A stretch of 64,000 bases of DNA, from contig CAVRAL010000004.1 of NCBI GenBank assembly GCA_963719085.1, positions 1,088,001-1,152,000 on the forward strand. Direction: 5' to 3'. Both the position numbers and the translations under genes were made by a program. The notes below the pieces were generated by a model. That model ran no database searches. It saw only the letters and a list, made by a program, of their open reading frames with translations, and was not told the DNA's origin. Of this stretch, positions 19,363-28,772 are shown in pieces (the stretch's first letter is position 1; each line of letters opens with the position of its first letter). The DNA is from a candidate division FCPU426 bacterium (GTDB taxonomy: Bacteria; Oederibacteriota; Muellerivitia; Muellerivitales; Muellerivitaceae).

Positions 19363-20148
19363 ATGAACAGCCGGACAAAATTGGTTTTATTATTCGCCGC
19401 GCTTTTCTGCCAAGGATGCCAAAACAATTCGCCCGCCGCGCAGTCGTTTTTGGCGCCCGCCCTTTCGAACAAAGTCGTGTCGAACTTTGGAGAGGCTTCG
19501 CTCAAGGTTAATCCAACCTTAACGGATTCGGCGGCGGGAACTTTTATCGATGGTAGTTATGGTTTCAGCGGCGATAGCGGCCTCGGGTTCGCCCCGCCCT
19601 TGGCCGATCCAAGCGGCAACCCTTACGCTTTGCATCTCTTCGGCGATTATATCGATTACGGCAACAACGGTTACCCGGCTTTTGAGATAGAGTGCCTGCC
19701 CCGGGCGAACGCTTCCTATCCCAACAACCTGTTTGATCTCGGGAGCCTCCAAGGTATCTCCTTCTGGTGGAACCGGGGGACGGATGACAACGCCAATCAG
19801 GTATTCTTTTGCCTGGTCACGGCGCGGATCGCCCCCCCCAGCATCGGGGGCGACTGCGGCGACCCCGGCAACCCCAGCACGGTGCCTTGTTATGACTACC
19901 TGGGGAATTCGCTTTTGGTATACCCCAGCGGCCAATGGTCTCATGTCACCCTTGATTTCGACGGTATGGGACTCCAGTATGGAGCGGGTGGTCCCGGCAC
20001 TGTCCAGACATACGATAGACAGCAGGTGCTTCAGTTCATGTGGACCAGCCGTTCGAATAATAATTCGAGCGCCAATAACCCGGCTGGGGGCCCGCCGGCC
20101 CAAAAATACACCGCTGACATCTGGCTCGACGACGTCGAATTATATTGA
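19363..20148 (+). CDS. Lipoprotein with CBM11/CIA30-like domain (paralog 4, close paralog of 3)
   Basis: GAGGAGG SD; lipobox FCQG-C; shares PYALHLFG.YIDYGN.GYPAFE.EC.PRA and FFCL.TARIAP.SIGGD with paralog 3. Confidence 0.78.
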   Translation: MNSRTKLVLLFAALFCQGCQNNSPAAQSFLAPALSNKVVSNFGEASLKVNPTLTDSAAGTFIDGSYGFSGDSGLGFAPPLADPSGNPYALHLFGDYIDYGNNGYPAFEIECLPRANASYPNNLFDLGSLQGISFWWNRGTDDNANQVFFCLVTARIAPPSIGGDCGDPGNPSTVPCYDYLGNSLLVYPSGQWSHVTLDFDGMGLQYGAGGPGTVQTYDRQQVLQFMWTSRSNNNSSANNPAGGPPAQKYTADIWLDDVELY

Positions 20149-20172
20149 TGGCGCGCGAAGACTCGATGGATC

Positions 20173-20199
20173 GGCGCGGTTAAAAACCGCGCCTTTTTT
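20173..20199 (+). terminator. Intrinsic terminator
   Basis: GGCGCGGTT-AAA-AACCGCGCC-TTTTTT. Confidence 0.85.
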
Positions 20200-20303
20200 A
20201 TTTCGCCCAATATTCCAAGGCTTTTCATTCCTTCTTTTTCCCCCGGGTCTGTCTTATACTAACCGCCTTTCAAACCCATCCTTTTTTCGGGAGTTCCAAG
20301 GCC

Positions 20304-22103
20304 TTGTCGCTCGACCATATCCGTAATTTTTGCATCATCGCCCATATCGACCACGGCAAAAGCACGCTGGCGGACCGCCTTTTGGAATTCACCGGCGCCA
20401 TTCCGCCCCGGGAAATGCGCGCCCAATTGATGGACCAAATGGATCTGGAACGGGAGCGGGGCATCACCATCAAGGCCAAGGCCGTGCGTTTTTTTTATAA
20501 GGCCAAAAACGGCAAGCGCTACGAGATGAACTTGATCGATACGCCAGGCCACGTGGATTTTAACTACGAGGTTTCCCGAAGCCTCAAGGCCTGCGAGGGG
20601 GCGCTTTTATTGATCGACGCCTCCCAAGGCGTGGAAGCCCAGACCCTGGCCAACGCCTTTTTGGCCATGGATCAGAAACTCACCATTATTCCCGTCATCA
20701 ATAAAATCGACCTGCCGGCCGCGGACGTGGAGCGCTGTAAAAAACAAATGGAAGAATCACTCGCCATCGAGGGCTCGGAAGCCATCTTGGCCTCGGCCAA
20801 GGATGGTTTGGGCATCGAGGATATTTTGGAGGCGATTGTGGAGCGGGTGCCGCCGCCCCAGGGCGAGGCCGCCGACCCGGTGAAGGGCCTTATTTTTGAT
20901 TCCATGTTCGACATTTACCGCGGCGTCATCATCTTCGTGCGGCTTTTGAACGGCACCATCCAAAAGGGAACCAAGATGAAGTTCATGGCCACCGATTTGG
21001 TTTTTGAGATCGAGGAAATCGGCGTCTTCAAACCCAAGATGGAAAAAGTCGAGAAGCTTTCCGCCGGGGAAGTGGGCTACATCTGCGCCAATATCAAGGA
21101 AGTGCGCGACGCCAAGGTGGGGGACACCATTACCGAAGCCAGCCGGCCCACCGCGGAGGCCCTGCCCGGGTTTAAGGATGTGTTGCCCATGGTTTTTTGC
21201 GGGCTCTTTCCCATCGACTCCGAGGACTACGACCACCTGAAGGAATCCCTGTCCAAGCTCAAACTGTCCGACGCGGCGCTTTCGTATGAGCCCGAGACTT
21301 CCGTCGCCTTGTCTTTCGGTTTTCGCTGCGGTTTTCTGGGCCTGCTCCATATGGAAATTGTGCAGGAACGTTTGGAGCGCGAATACAACCTCAACCTGAT
21401 CGCCACGGCGCCCAGCGTCATTTATCAGGTGGTCAAAACCAACCAGGAAGAAGTTTGGGTCGACAATCCGACCAAACTGCCCGAGATCACCTCGATCCAG
21501 GAAATCCGGGAGCCCATCATTGACGCGAAAATTATCGTGCCCGCCGATTATATCGGCGCGGTCATGACCCTGTGCCAGGAGCGCCGGGGAATTCACAAAA
21601 ACACCAGCTTCCTGGATCCCACCCGGGCCCAGATCGCCTATGAGCTTCCCCTGGCCGAAGTGGTCATGGATTTTTTCGACAAACTTAAAAGCTGCACCAA
21701 GGGCTACGCGTCGCTGGATTATGAGCCCATCGGCTACCGGGCGGGCCATATCGTGAAGGTCGACATCCTGCTGAACAACGAAGTGGTGGACGCGCTGTCC
21801 TTTATGGTGCATCGGGACAAGGCCGAGGCCCGGGGGCGGGGAATCGCCGAAAAGCTAAAGGAAATTATTCCCCAGCAGCTTTTCGAGGTGCCGATTCAAG
21901 CCGCCATCGGCGGAAAAATTATCGCCCGGGAGACGGTTCGGGCCCGCCGCAAGGACGTTTTGGCCAAATGTTACGGCGGGGATATCAGCCGCAAACGGAA
22001 ACTATTGGAGAAACAAAAAGAAGGTAAGAAGCGCATGAAGAACATCGGCAGCGTCGAAATACCTCAAGAAGCCTTTATGGCCGTCTTGCAGGTAGAGGAT
22101 TAA
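20304..22103 (+). CDS. lepA: Elongation factor 4 (LepA)
   Basis: [38 protein letters not shown]-terminal [18 protein letters not shown]. Confidence 0.98.
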   Translation: MSLDHIRNFCIIAHIDHGKSTLADRLLEFTGAIPPREMRAQLMDQMDLERERGITIKAKAVRFFYKAKNGKRYEMNLIDTPGHVDFNYEVSRSLKACEGALLLIDASQGVEAQTLANAFLAMDQKLTIIPVINKIDLPAADVERCKKQMEESLAIEGSEAILASAKDGLGIEDILEAIVERVPPPQGEAADPVKGLIFDSMFDIYRGVIIFVRLLNGTIQKGTKMKFMATDLVFEIEEIGVFKPKMEKVEKLSAGEVGYICANIKEVRDAKVGDTITEASRPTAEALPGFKDVLPMVFCGLFPIDSEDYDHLKESLSKLKLSDAALSYEPETSVALSFGFRCGFLGLLHMEIVQERLEREYNLNLIATAPSVIYQVVKTNQEEVWVDNPTKLPEITSIQEIREPIIDAKIIVPADYIGAVMTLCQERRGIHKNTSFLDPTRAQIAYELPLAEVVMDFFDKLKSCTKGYASLDYEPIGYRAGHIVKVDILLNNEVVDALSFMVHRDKAEARGRGIAEKLKEIIPQQLFEVPIQAAIGGKIIARETVRARRKDVLAKCYGGDISRKRKLLEKQKEGKKRMKNIGSVEIPQEAFMAVLQVED

Positions 22104-22112
22104 GTCGCGGCA

Positions 22113-22277
22113 ATTTTCATTGATGAACGCAGATAAACGCCGATGAGGAATAAATCTAATCGAATTATCTGCGTTCATCTGCGTTCGCGCCGCTCCTCGA
22201 AGTAAAAGTTAGGGGAGGGCGGCATTGTCCCGGGAATCCTTAACGCCAATAGGGAGTCCCGGGACATCATTGTTAAT
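22113..22277 (+). repeat. Structured intergenic repeat, family 1 copy A
   Basis: ACGCAGAT-type periodic inverted arms, ends CATCATTGTTAA, with two extra internal hairpins. Confidence 0.8.
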
Positions 22278-22306
22278 CGCTGTAAATTTTTAAATCCGGA
22301 GAAGTC

Positions 22307-23119
22307 ATGGAAAACATCGATTTTACCCAGAATTTGAATTTGATTCTTTATTTCTTGGCGGCTCTGTTGACCTTGGTGGAGCTTTTCGTGAGGGTCGTTT
22401 GGCCCAAGCTCAAACCGTCCCCGGCACCCGCGCCCGGTCTTTTGGCCGCCAGCCGGCCTGGAAGTTGGATGGAAACCGTTGACTCCCTTTGGGTGGCCAT
22501 GGTGGTGGCCCTGACCTTGAAGGCCCTTCTGGTCCAGCCCTTTACCATTCCCTCGGGCTCAATGGAAGACACGCTCCAAATCGGCGATTATCTGCTGGTG
22601 AAAAAATATGAGTACGGCTATTCGCTTTTGAATAAGACCCCCCGGTTCCTGGAGTTCAACCATCCCAAGCGCGGGGATATTTTGGTTTTTGTTTATCCGG
22701 ATGACCATACGAAAGATTTCATCAAGCGCTGTATCGGTTTGCCCGGGGACGTGATTGAGCTTAAAAACGCCGAGCTTTACCTGAACGGCGTGAAGCAGGA
22801 TGAGCCTTATGTGAAACATCTTTTCACGCCGAGGGAAATCCTCCAAGAAGAAGGGCCGGACTCGCCCAAGGTCAATTTTGGACCCGTCACGGTGGCCCCG
22901 GGCCATTACTTTATGATGGGGGACAACCGGGACAACAGTTTGGATTCCCGATACTGGGGCCAGCTGGACGAGGAACTCGTCAAGGGCCAGGCCTGGCTCA
23001 TTTATTGGCATAGCGTGAATTTTCATCCGGACTTCAGCCGGATGTTCCATTTTATCGTGAACGCGCCTTCCACCGCGGCTCCGATGGCGCCTTCGGCGGC
23101 CGCGGCTAAGAAAAAATAG
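22307..23119 (+). CDS. lepB: Signal peptidase I
   Basis: IPSGSMEDTL..GD, DFIKRCIGLPGD, GDNRDNSLDSRYWG. Confidence 0.96.
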   Translation: MENIDFTQNLNLILYFLAALLTLVELFVRVVWPKLKPSPAPAPGLLAASRPGSWMETVDSLWVAMVVALTLKALLVQPFTIPSGSMEDTLQIGDYLLVKKYEYGYSLLNKTPRFLEFNHPKRGDILVFVYPDDHTKDFIKRCIGLPGDVIELKNAELYLNGVKQDEPYVKHLFTPREILQEEGPDSPKVNFGPVTVAPGHYFMMGDNRDNSLDSRYWGQLDEELVKGQAWLIYWHSVNFHPDFSRMFHFIVNAPSTAAPMAPSAAAAKKK

Positions 23120-23133
23120 GAGACCGCGAGGCC

Positions 23134-24246
23134 GTGAACGCTTATTTGCATATTCCCTTTTGCGCTTCCATTTGCAGTTACTGTGATTTCACGTCCTTTG
23201 CCGGACAGGACTCCAAAGTCGAAACTTACACGAAGGCCCTGATCCGGGAAATTGAAGGGTCGACGCTGACCGGGCCCCTTCAAACCGTTTATTTTGGCGG
23301 CGGGACGCCGTCGGTGCTTTCAGCGCCCCAGCTTGAAAAAATCCTAAGCGCGCTTCGCGCGAAAGCGGGGTTCGACCCGCGGATTGAAATTTCGCTTGAG
23401 GCCAATCCGGAAACCGTGACCCTTGAAAAAATGACGGCTTATCGGCGCTTGGGCGTCAACCGGGTCAGTTTCGGGGCCCAAGCCTCGCAAGAAAAAATCC
23501 TAAAACGTTTGGGACGGGGCCATTCCTGGGACCAGGTGGAAAAGGCCTTCCGCGCCGCGCGGGAAGCGGGGTTCACGAACTTGAACCTGGACTTGATGTT
23601 TGGCTTGCCGGGCCAGAGCGCCGATGATTTTAACGAGTCCCTTCAAAAAGCCGCCGCGCTCAAACCCGACCATCTTTCGGTTTATGCCCTTCAAGTGGAA
23701 GAGGGGACTCCCCTGGAGAAACAAGTTCAAACCGGGCTCGCGCTTCCCACGGAAGACGAGGTGGCCGACGAATACGAGAAGGCGCAAAGCTTTTTAAAGG
23801 CCCAGGGTTTTGAGCAATACGAGGTTTCCAATTTCGCGGTTTCCGGTAAAACCTGCCGGCATAATTGGAATATCTGGCGGGGGCAGGATTATTGGGGTTT
23901 TGGACTTTCGGCGGTGGGAACCGTCCAAGGCGTCCGGCACACCCATGACGAGAACTTGACCGGTTACCTGGAGACGGCCGCGGGGCGCAAGTCCCCGGTT
24001 TTAAGCTTGGAATCCTTGTCCCCGGAAGTTTTGGAGTTTGAAAAAATCATGTTGGCCCTCAGAACGTCCGAAGGGGTCCGCCGGCAGGATCTGGATCACT
24101 ACGCCAAAAGCCAAGGACTGTCTTATCAAGAACGCTTTCGTCTTTTTGAGGGCCGGGGCTGGCTGAGGCTAAGCGGGGACCATTATCAGGTGACGTCCAG
24201 CGGGTTCTTTGTGTTAAACGGTCTCTTAGAGACCTTGGTCGCCTAA
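23134..24246 (+). CDS. hemW: Radical SAM heme chaperone HemW (HemN-like)
   Basis: YLHIPFCASICSYCDF, YFGGGTPS, EANP, YEVSNFA; conserved position before hrcA. Confidence 0.9.
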   Translation: MNAYLHIPFCASICSYCDFTSFAGQDSKVETYTKALIREIEGSTLTGPLQTVYFGGGTPSVLSAPQLEKILSALRAKAGFDPRIEISLEANPETVTLEKMTAYRRLGVNRVSFGAQASQEKILKRLGRGHSWDQVEKAFRAAREAGFTNLNLDLMFGLPGQSADDFNESLQKAAALKPDHLSVYALQVEEGTPLEKQVQTGLALPTEDEVADEYEKAQSFLKAQGFEQYEVSNFAVSGKTCRHNWNIWRGQDYWGFGLSAVGTVQGVRHTHDENLTGYLETAAGRKSPVLSLESLSPEVLEFEKIMLALRTSEGVRRQDLDHYAKSQGLSYQERFRLFEGRGWLRLSGDHYQVTSSGFFVLNGLLETLVA

Positions 24247-24291
24247 ACCCGGCCCTCTCTTTTTGATAGAACGAATCCAATCCCCCGTAAG

Positions 24292-24319
24292 TTGACTTTC
24301 AAGTCCGGCCTCTTATTAT
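24292..24319 (+). promoter_or_regulatory. Sigma70-type promoter of hrcA-grpE-dnaK
   Basis: TTGACT-16 nt-TATTAT. Confidence 0.6.
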
Positions 24320-24334
24320 GAGGATGATAAAGAG

Positions 24335-24424
24335 CCGGACTTGTCCGGGCTGGTTCTTGTGAAGAAGAAAAAACAGGGCTAAGTCCAGTATGATTTTCAT
24401 CATCAGGAGCCGGATTGATCCGGC
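24335..24424 (+). promoter_or_regulatory. Two CCGGA-N4-TCCGG palindromes (candidate HrcA operators)
   Basis: CCGGACTTGTCCGG at 24335-24348 and GCCGGATTGATCCGGC at 24409-24424, both starting GAGCCGGA. Confidence 0.5.
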
Positions 24425-24455
24425 CTAAAGTTTAAGAAGAACGCTTAACTCAAAG

Positions 24456-25505
24456 GTGAACCAAGTGGCGATGGATTCCTCCAACCGATCGGAAGCCGTG
24501 CTGTCGACCGTGATCCACCAATATGTGGCCACGGCCAAGCCCGTCGCGTCGCTTTCCCTCTCCGGAAAAATTCAGGTCTCGCCCGCCACCATCCGCAGTG
24601 TTTTTATGCGCCTGGAAGACCAGGGTTACTTGAGCCACCCCCACACCTCCGCGGGCCGGGTGCCGACGGACCAAGGCTACCGTTTTTACGTGGAACGCCT
24701 GATGCGGGCCCGGGAACTAAGCCTGAAAGAAAGACATCGAATTGAAGGTGAGTATGAAAAGGCCAAGGACGAAGTCCAGGCCTTGATGCGGCATACGGCG
24801 AAAATTTTGTCCGCGATGACCCGTTTAGGCGGGCTGGCGGTTTACCATCTTCCGGATGAGGCCCAGCTTGATCATTTTAAGCTGGTCCCCATTGACGCGC
24901 GCAAGGTCATGGTCATCTTGGTTTTGGACAACGGCGTGGTGAAAGAGGAATTGGTCCGCTTGGAAGGCGTTTTGTCCCCGAAAGAATTGGCCAAGGTCAC
25001 CCAAGTCTTGAATTCCCGTTTTAAGGGTCTTTCGCTTTTCGAGATCCGCGCCGGCATGCTTTCGGACGCCCAAAAGCTTCGCGATCAAAAGCTGGATCTT
25101 CTCAAGGCGGCCCTGAAGACCATCGACAACGCGCTCGACCTGGAAGGCGACCAAATCCAGCTGGAGGGCTTTTCCCAATTGATGGAACAGCCCGAGTTTA
25201 AGACGATGGAGAACCTGGAGCGCATGATCCGCCTCGTCGAACAGCGCGGTCCCTTGAAGCCGATCTTGGAGAAGCAGAGATCGAATCCCGGTTTGGCGGT
25301 GGAAATCGGCGAAGCCTCCACACTGGGGCTTCAGGGCAAGAATTTTTCATTCATGCACCTGCCTTACCGTCTTCAGGGCAAGGTGGCGGGGGTTTTGGGG
25401 GTTTGGGGCCCCACCCGGATGGATTACGGCCGGGTCGCGGGACTGATGAGCCAAGTGGTCCGGTCCCTGGAAGAAGCTTTGAACAAACGAGGAGGATGGT
25501 CCTAA
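24456..25505 (+). CDS. hrcA: Heat-inducible transcription repressor HrcA
   Basis: SPATIR, GYL.HPHTSAGRVPTD.GYRFYV, GPTRMDY; start may be ATG 24471. Confidence 0.95.
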   Translation: MNQVAMDSSNRSEAVLSTVIHQYVATAKPVASLSLSGKIQVSPATIRSVFMRLEDQGYLSHPHTSAGRVPTDQGYRFYVERLMRARELSLKERHRIEGEYEKAKDEVQALMRHTAKILSAMTRLGGLAVYHLPDEAQLDHFKLVPIDARKVMVILVLDNGVVKEELVRLEGVLSPKELAKVTQVLNSRFKGLSLFEIRAGMLSDAQKLRDQKLDLLKAALKTIDNALDLEGDQIQLEGFSQLMEQPEFKTMENLERMIRLVEQRGPLKPILEKQRSNPGLAVEIGEASTLGLQGKNFSFMHLPYRLQGKVAGVLGVWGPTRMDYGRVAGLMSQVVRSLEEALNKRGGWS

Positions 25506-26095
25506 TGCCGGAAATGAATCAAAACAATAGGGGCGAGCCCGAAGTCGAGATTTTGAACAGCCATCCCACGTCTTACGATGACGCGGGTAACGCTTCCGAA
25601 CTGCCCACGGAAGAGCCTTTAAACCCCGCCGCCGCCGAGGCGGTGGACGAATGGAAGAAAAAGCACGATGAGGTGAAGGAGCAGCTGCTCTGGACGGCCG
25701 CCGAGTTCGATAATTACAAGAAGCGGGCCTTGAAGGAGAAGGAAGAGTTCCTTAAATTCGCTCAGGCGGGCTTGTTAAAAGAGTTTCTGGTGGTGGCGGA
25801 CAACCTGGAACGGGCCGTGGCTTCCGTCACGGGCGCCGACGGCACCATGGGAACCTTGAAACAAGGCGTGGAATTGACCCTGCGCCAGTTCCAAACCATT
25901 TTGGAAAAGCACGGCATCACCAAGATCAAGACCAAGGGGGAGAAGTTTGACCCCCGGGCCCATGAAGTCATGATGCAGGAAGAGACGGATCAATTCCCCG
26001 AGGAAACCGTCATTGAGGAGCTTCAAAGCGGATACAAGCTCCACGACCGTATTTTGCGTCCCGCGTTGGTGAAGATCGCCAAGAAAAAGGCGTGA
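25505..26095 (+). CDS. grpE: Nucleotide exchange factor GrpE
   Basis: AEFDNYKKR, DNLERA, FDPRAHE, GYKLHDRILRPALV; TAATG coupling to hrcA with GGAGG SD. Confidence 0.96.
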   Translation: MPEMNQNNRGEPEVEILNSHPTSYDDAGNASELPTEEPLNPAAAEAVDEWKKKHDEVKEQLLWTAAEFDNYKKRALKEKEEFLKFAQAGLLKEFLVVADNLERAVASVTGADGTMGTLKQGVELTLRQFQTILEKHGITKIKTKGEKFDPRAHEVMMQEETDQFPEETVIEELQSGYKLHDRILRPALVKIAKKKA

Positions 26096-26162
26096 TTTCG
26101 TTCCCGGGCCGGAGGTTTTGGCCGCAGGGAGATAAAGTAATAATTTTTAAGGAGAAGTTGAA

Positions 26163-28109
26163 ATGGCAACGAACAAAGTTTTAGGAATCGATTTAGGAAC
26201 CACGAATTCCTGTATGGCCATCATGGAGGGCGGCGAGCCCAAGGTGATCGCCAACGCGGAAGGCGCCCGGACCACGCCGTCCGTGGTGGGTTTTTCCAAG
26301 ACCGGCGAAAGGTTGATCGGCCGGGTCGCCAAGAACCAATCCATCACCAACCCGACGAACACCGTTTTTTCCATCAAGCGCTTTATGGGCCGCAAACTGC
26401 ACGACCCGGAAGTGGAACTGGACAAAAAGCTGGTGCCTTATAACCTGAAGGAAGCTTCCAACGGGGACGTTCGGGTCAAGATTGACGACAAGGAATATTC
26501 CCCGCCTGAAGTCTCGGCCATGATTTTGCAAAAACTCAAGGCTGACGCGGAGGCCTACCTGGGCACCACCATCACCGAAGCCGTGATTACGGTTCCGGCT
26601 TATTTCAACGACGCCCAGCGTCAAGCCACCAAGGACGCCGGCAAAATCGCCGGGCTGGATGTTTTGCGTATCATCAACGAGCCTACCGCAGCGGCCCTGG
26701 CCTATGGTTTGGACAAGGACAAAAAGAACGAAAAGATCGCCGTGTATGACTTGGGCGGCGGAACCTTTGACGTGTCCATTTTGGAATTGGGCGACGGCGT
26801 GTTCGAGGTCAAGTCCACCAATGGGGACACCCATTTGGGCGGCGACGACTTTGACCAGCGCATCATTCAATGGCTGATCGATGAGTTCAAAAAAGATTCC
26901 GGTGTTGATTTGAAGAACGACAAGATGGCCCTGCAGCGCCTCAAGGAAGCGGCGGAAAAGGCCAAGATCGACTTGTCGACCACGGCGGAAACCGAATTGA
27001 ACCTGCCCTTCATCACGGCGGACGCTAGCGGGCCTAAGCACATGAACTTGAAACTGACCCGCTCCAAGCTGGAACAACTGGTCGGGGACTTGGTCGAGAA
27101 AAGCGTGGAGCCCTGCCGCAAGGCCCTGAAGGACGCCGGCTACACGGTGGACGATATTCAGGAAGTGGTCCTGGTGGGCGGAATGACCCGCATGCCTTTG
27201 GTCGTGAAGACCGTGAAGGACTTTTTCAAACGCGAACCTCACAAGGGCGTGAACCCGGATGAGGTGGTGGCCGTGGGCGCCGCCATCCAAGGCGGGGTTT
27301 TGAAGGGAGAAGTCAAGGATGTGCTTCTCTTGGACGTGACGCCTTTGTCCTTGGGCGTGGAGACCCTGGGAGGGGTCATGACCAAGGTCATCGAGCGCAA
27401 CACCACCATCCCGGCCAAGAAGAGCCAGACTTTCTCGACCGCCGCCGACAGCCAAAGCACGGTTTCGATCCACGTGCTCCAGGGCGAGAGAGAAATGGCG
27501 ACCGACAACCGCACGCTGGGCCGCTTTGACCTGGTGGGCATTCCGCCGGCGCCCCGGGGAACCCCGCAGATTGAGGTGACCTTTAACATCGACGCCAACG
27601 GTATTTTGCACGTGGCCGCGAAAGATTTGGGCACAGGCAAGGAACAAAGCATCCAGATCACGCCGTCTTCCGGATTGTCCGAGGACGAGATCAAAAAGAT
27701 GCAAAAGGACGCCGAGCTTCACGCCGAGGATGATAAAAAGAAAAAAGAGAAGATCGAGGCGAAGAACCAGGCCGACACCCTGGCCTATTCCACCGAAAAG
27801 GCCCTGAAAGATTACGGGGACAAGGTGGATGCCGACACCAAGAAGCAGATCGAGGAAAAGCTCGAGGCTTTGAAGAAGCTCATGGCGGGCGAGGACGCGG
27901 AGGCCATTAAAAAGGCCTCGGAAGAACTCAGCCAAGCCGCGATGAAACTGGGCGAGATCATGTATAAGGAAGCGGCGGAGAAGGCCGGCGCCGCCGGCGC
28001 GGCCGCGGGCGCGCCGGAAGGCCAAGGCGGCCACGCCCATCCGGATGAAAAGCCCAAGGACGGTCCGGTGGACGCGGAGTATGAGCCTTCGGATAGCGAA
28101 AAAAAGTAA
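26163..28109 (+). CDS. dnaK: Chaperone DnaK
   Basis: [32 protein letters not shown]. Confidence 0.99.
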   Translation: MATNKVLGIDLGTTNSCMAIMEGGEPKVIANAEGARTTPSVVGFSKTGERLIGRVAKNQSITNPTNTVFSIKRFMGRKLHDPEVELDKKLVPYNLKEASNGDVRVKIDDKEYSPPEVSAMILQKLKADAEAYLGTTITEAVITVPAYFNDAQRQATKDAGKIAGLDVLRIINEPTAAALAYGLDKDKKNEKIAVYDLGGGTFDVSILELGDGVFEVKSTNGDTHLGGDDFDQRIIQWLIDEFKKDSGVDLKNDKMALQRLKEAAEKAKIDLSTTAETELNLPFITADASGPKHMNLKLTRSKLEQLVGDLVEKSVEPCRKALKDAGYTVDDIQEVVLVGGMTRMPLVVKTVKDFFKREPHKGVNPDEVVAVGAAIQGGVLKGEVKDVLLLDVTPLSLGVETLGGVMTKVIERNTTIPAKKSQTFSTAADSQSTVSIHVLQGEREMATDNRTLGRFDLVGIPPAPRGTPQIEVTFNIDANGILHVAAKDLGTGKEQSIQITPSSGLSEDEIKKMQKDAELHAEDDKKKKEKIEAKNQADTLAYSTEKALKDYGDKVDADTKKQIEEKLEALKKLMAGEDAEAIKKASEELSQAAMKLGEIMYKEAAEKAGAAGAAAGAPEGQGGHAHPDEKPKDGPVDAEYEPSDSEKK

Positions 28110-28137
28110 ATTTTAAGTTTTGAGATTTAGGTTGTGG

Positions 28138-28163
28138 AGGCGGCCTTTTAGGCCGCCTTTTTT
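28138..28163 (+). terminator. Intrinsic terminator after dnaK
   Basis: AGGCGGCCT-TTT-AGGCCGCCT-TTTTT. Confidence 0.88.
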
Positions 28164-28347
28164 ATTGGGCCAAGCCGCCTGGTTTTGCCAAAGGCCCAAA
28201 ATTCTTTCCGGATAAAAGCCAATAGAATTCGGACTAAATCCCGGCGGATTCCGCTGATTCCTGACTTCCCTTGATTGCGGCCCAAATAAGGCGCATGATG
28301 ATGTTCCTTTCGACTCCTCAAAGAGCCTGGAAGATGAGGAGGCCTCC

Positions 28348-28623
28348 ATGAAGCATGTTAAATATCCCGAAAGCATCGTTTGCGAAGATTGCCACAGTCC
28401 CGTCAAGATGGTGGATTGCCGGCTTTTGGACAAGGCGGTCAAGGGGAAGACCCATGTGGAATTCGACACGGTTTGCGTGGCTTGCGGGAAGCGCTTCTCG
28501 GTGAGCCGGGATTTGGAATATCTTCAGTACAGCGAACGCGAGTTTTGCATGGCCAAAAACCTGGTGGCGGTCGCTAAACCTTCCGGCAAACCGGCCCCGT
28601 CCAAGACCAAGATCAAGATTTAA
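28348..28623 (+). CDS. Small Cys-rich (zinc-ribbon-like) protein
   Basis: GAGGAGG SD; CEDC...CVAC pairs. Confidence 0.7.
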   Translation: MKHVKYPESIVCEDCHSPVKMVDCRLLDKAVKGKTHVEFDTVCVACGKRFSVSRDLEYLQYSEREFCMAKNLVAVAKPSGKPAPSKTKIKI

Positions 28624-28772
28624 GCTTTTTCCATGATTCCGCTCCGAAGGGTTTGCTGAGAATTGGTTTTTAAACCTTTTTGAAGGCCGTTCCTTGTTGA
28701 AATCCTCCCGTTCCCAAGCCTGAATTGTTGTAAAATTCCCCCCGGCTTTAACCCTGTTGAAAAAAGGCGTCC

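Noticed and set aside
26193..28040. 615-aa antisense ORF opposite dnaK
   Set aside because: Well-known shadow ORF of hsp70 genes caused by codon bias; no independent signals.
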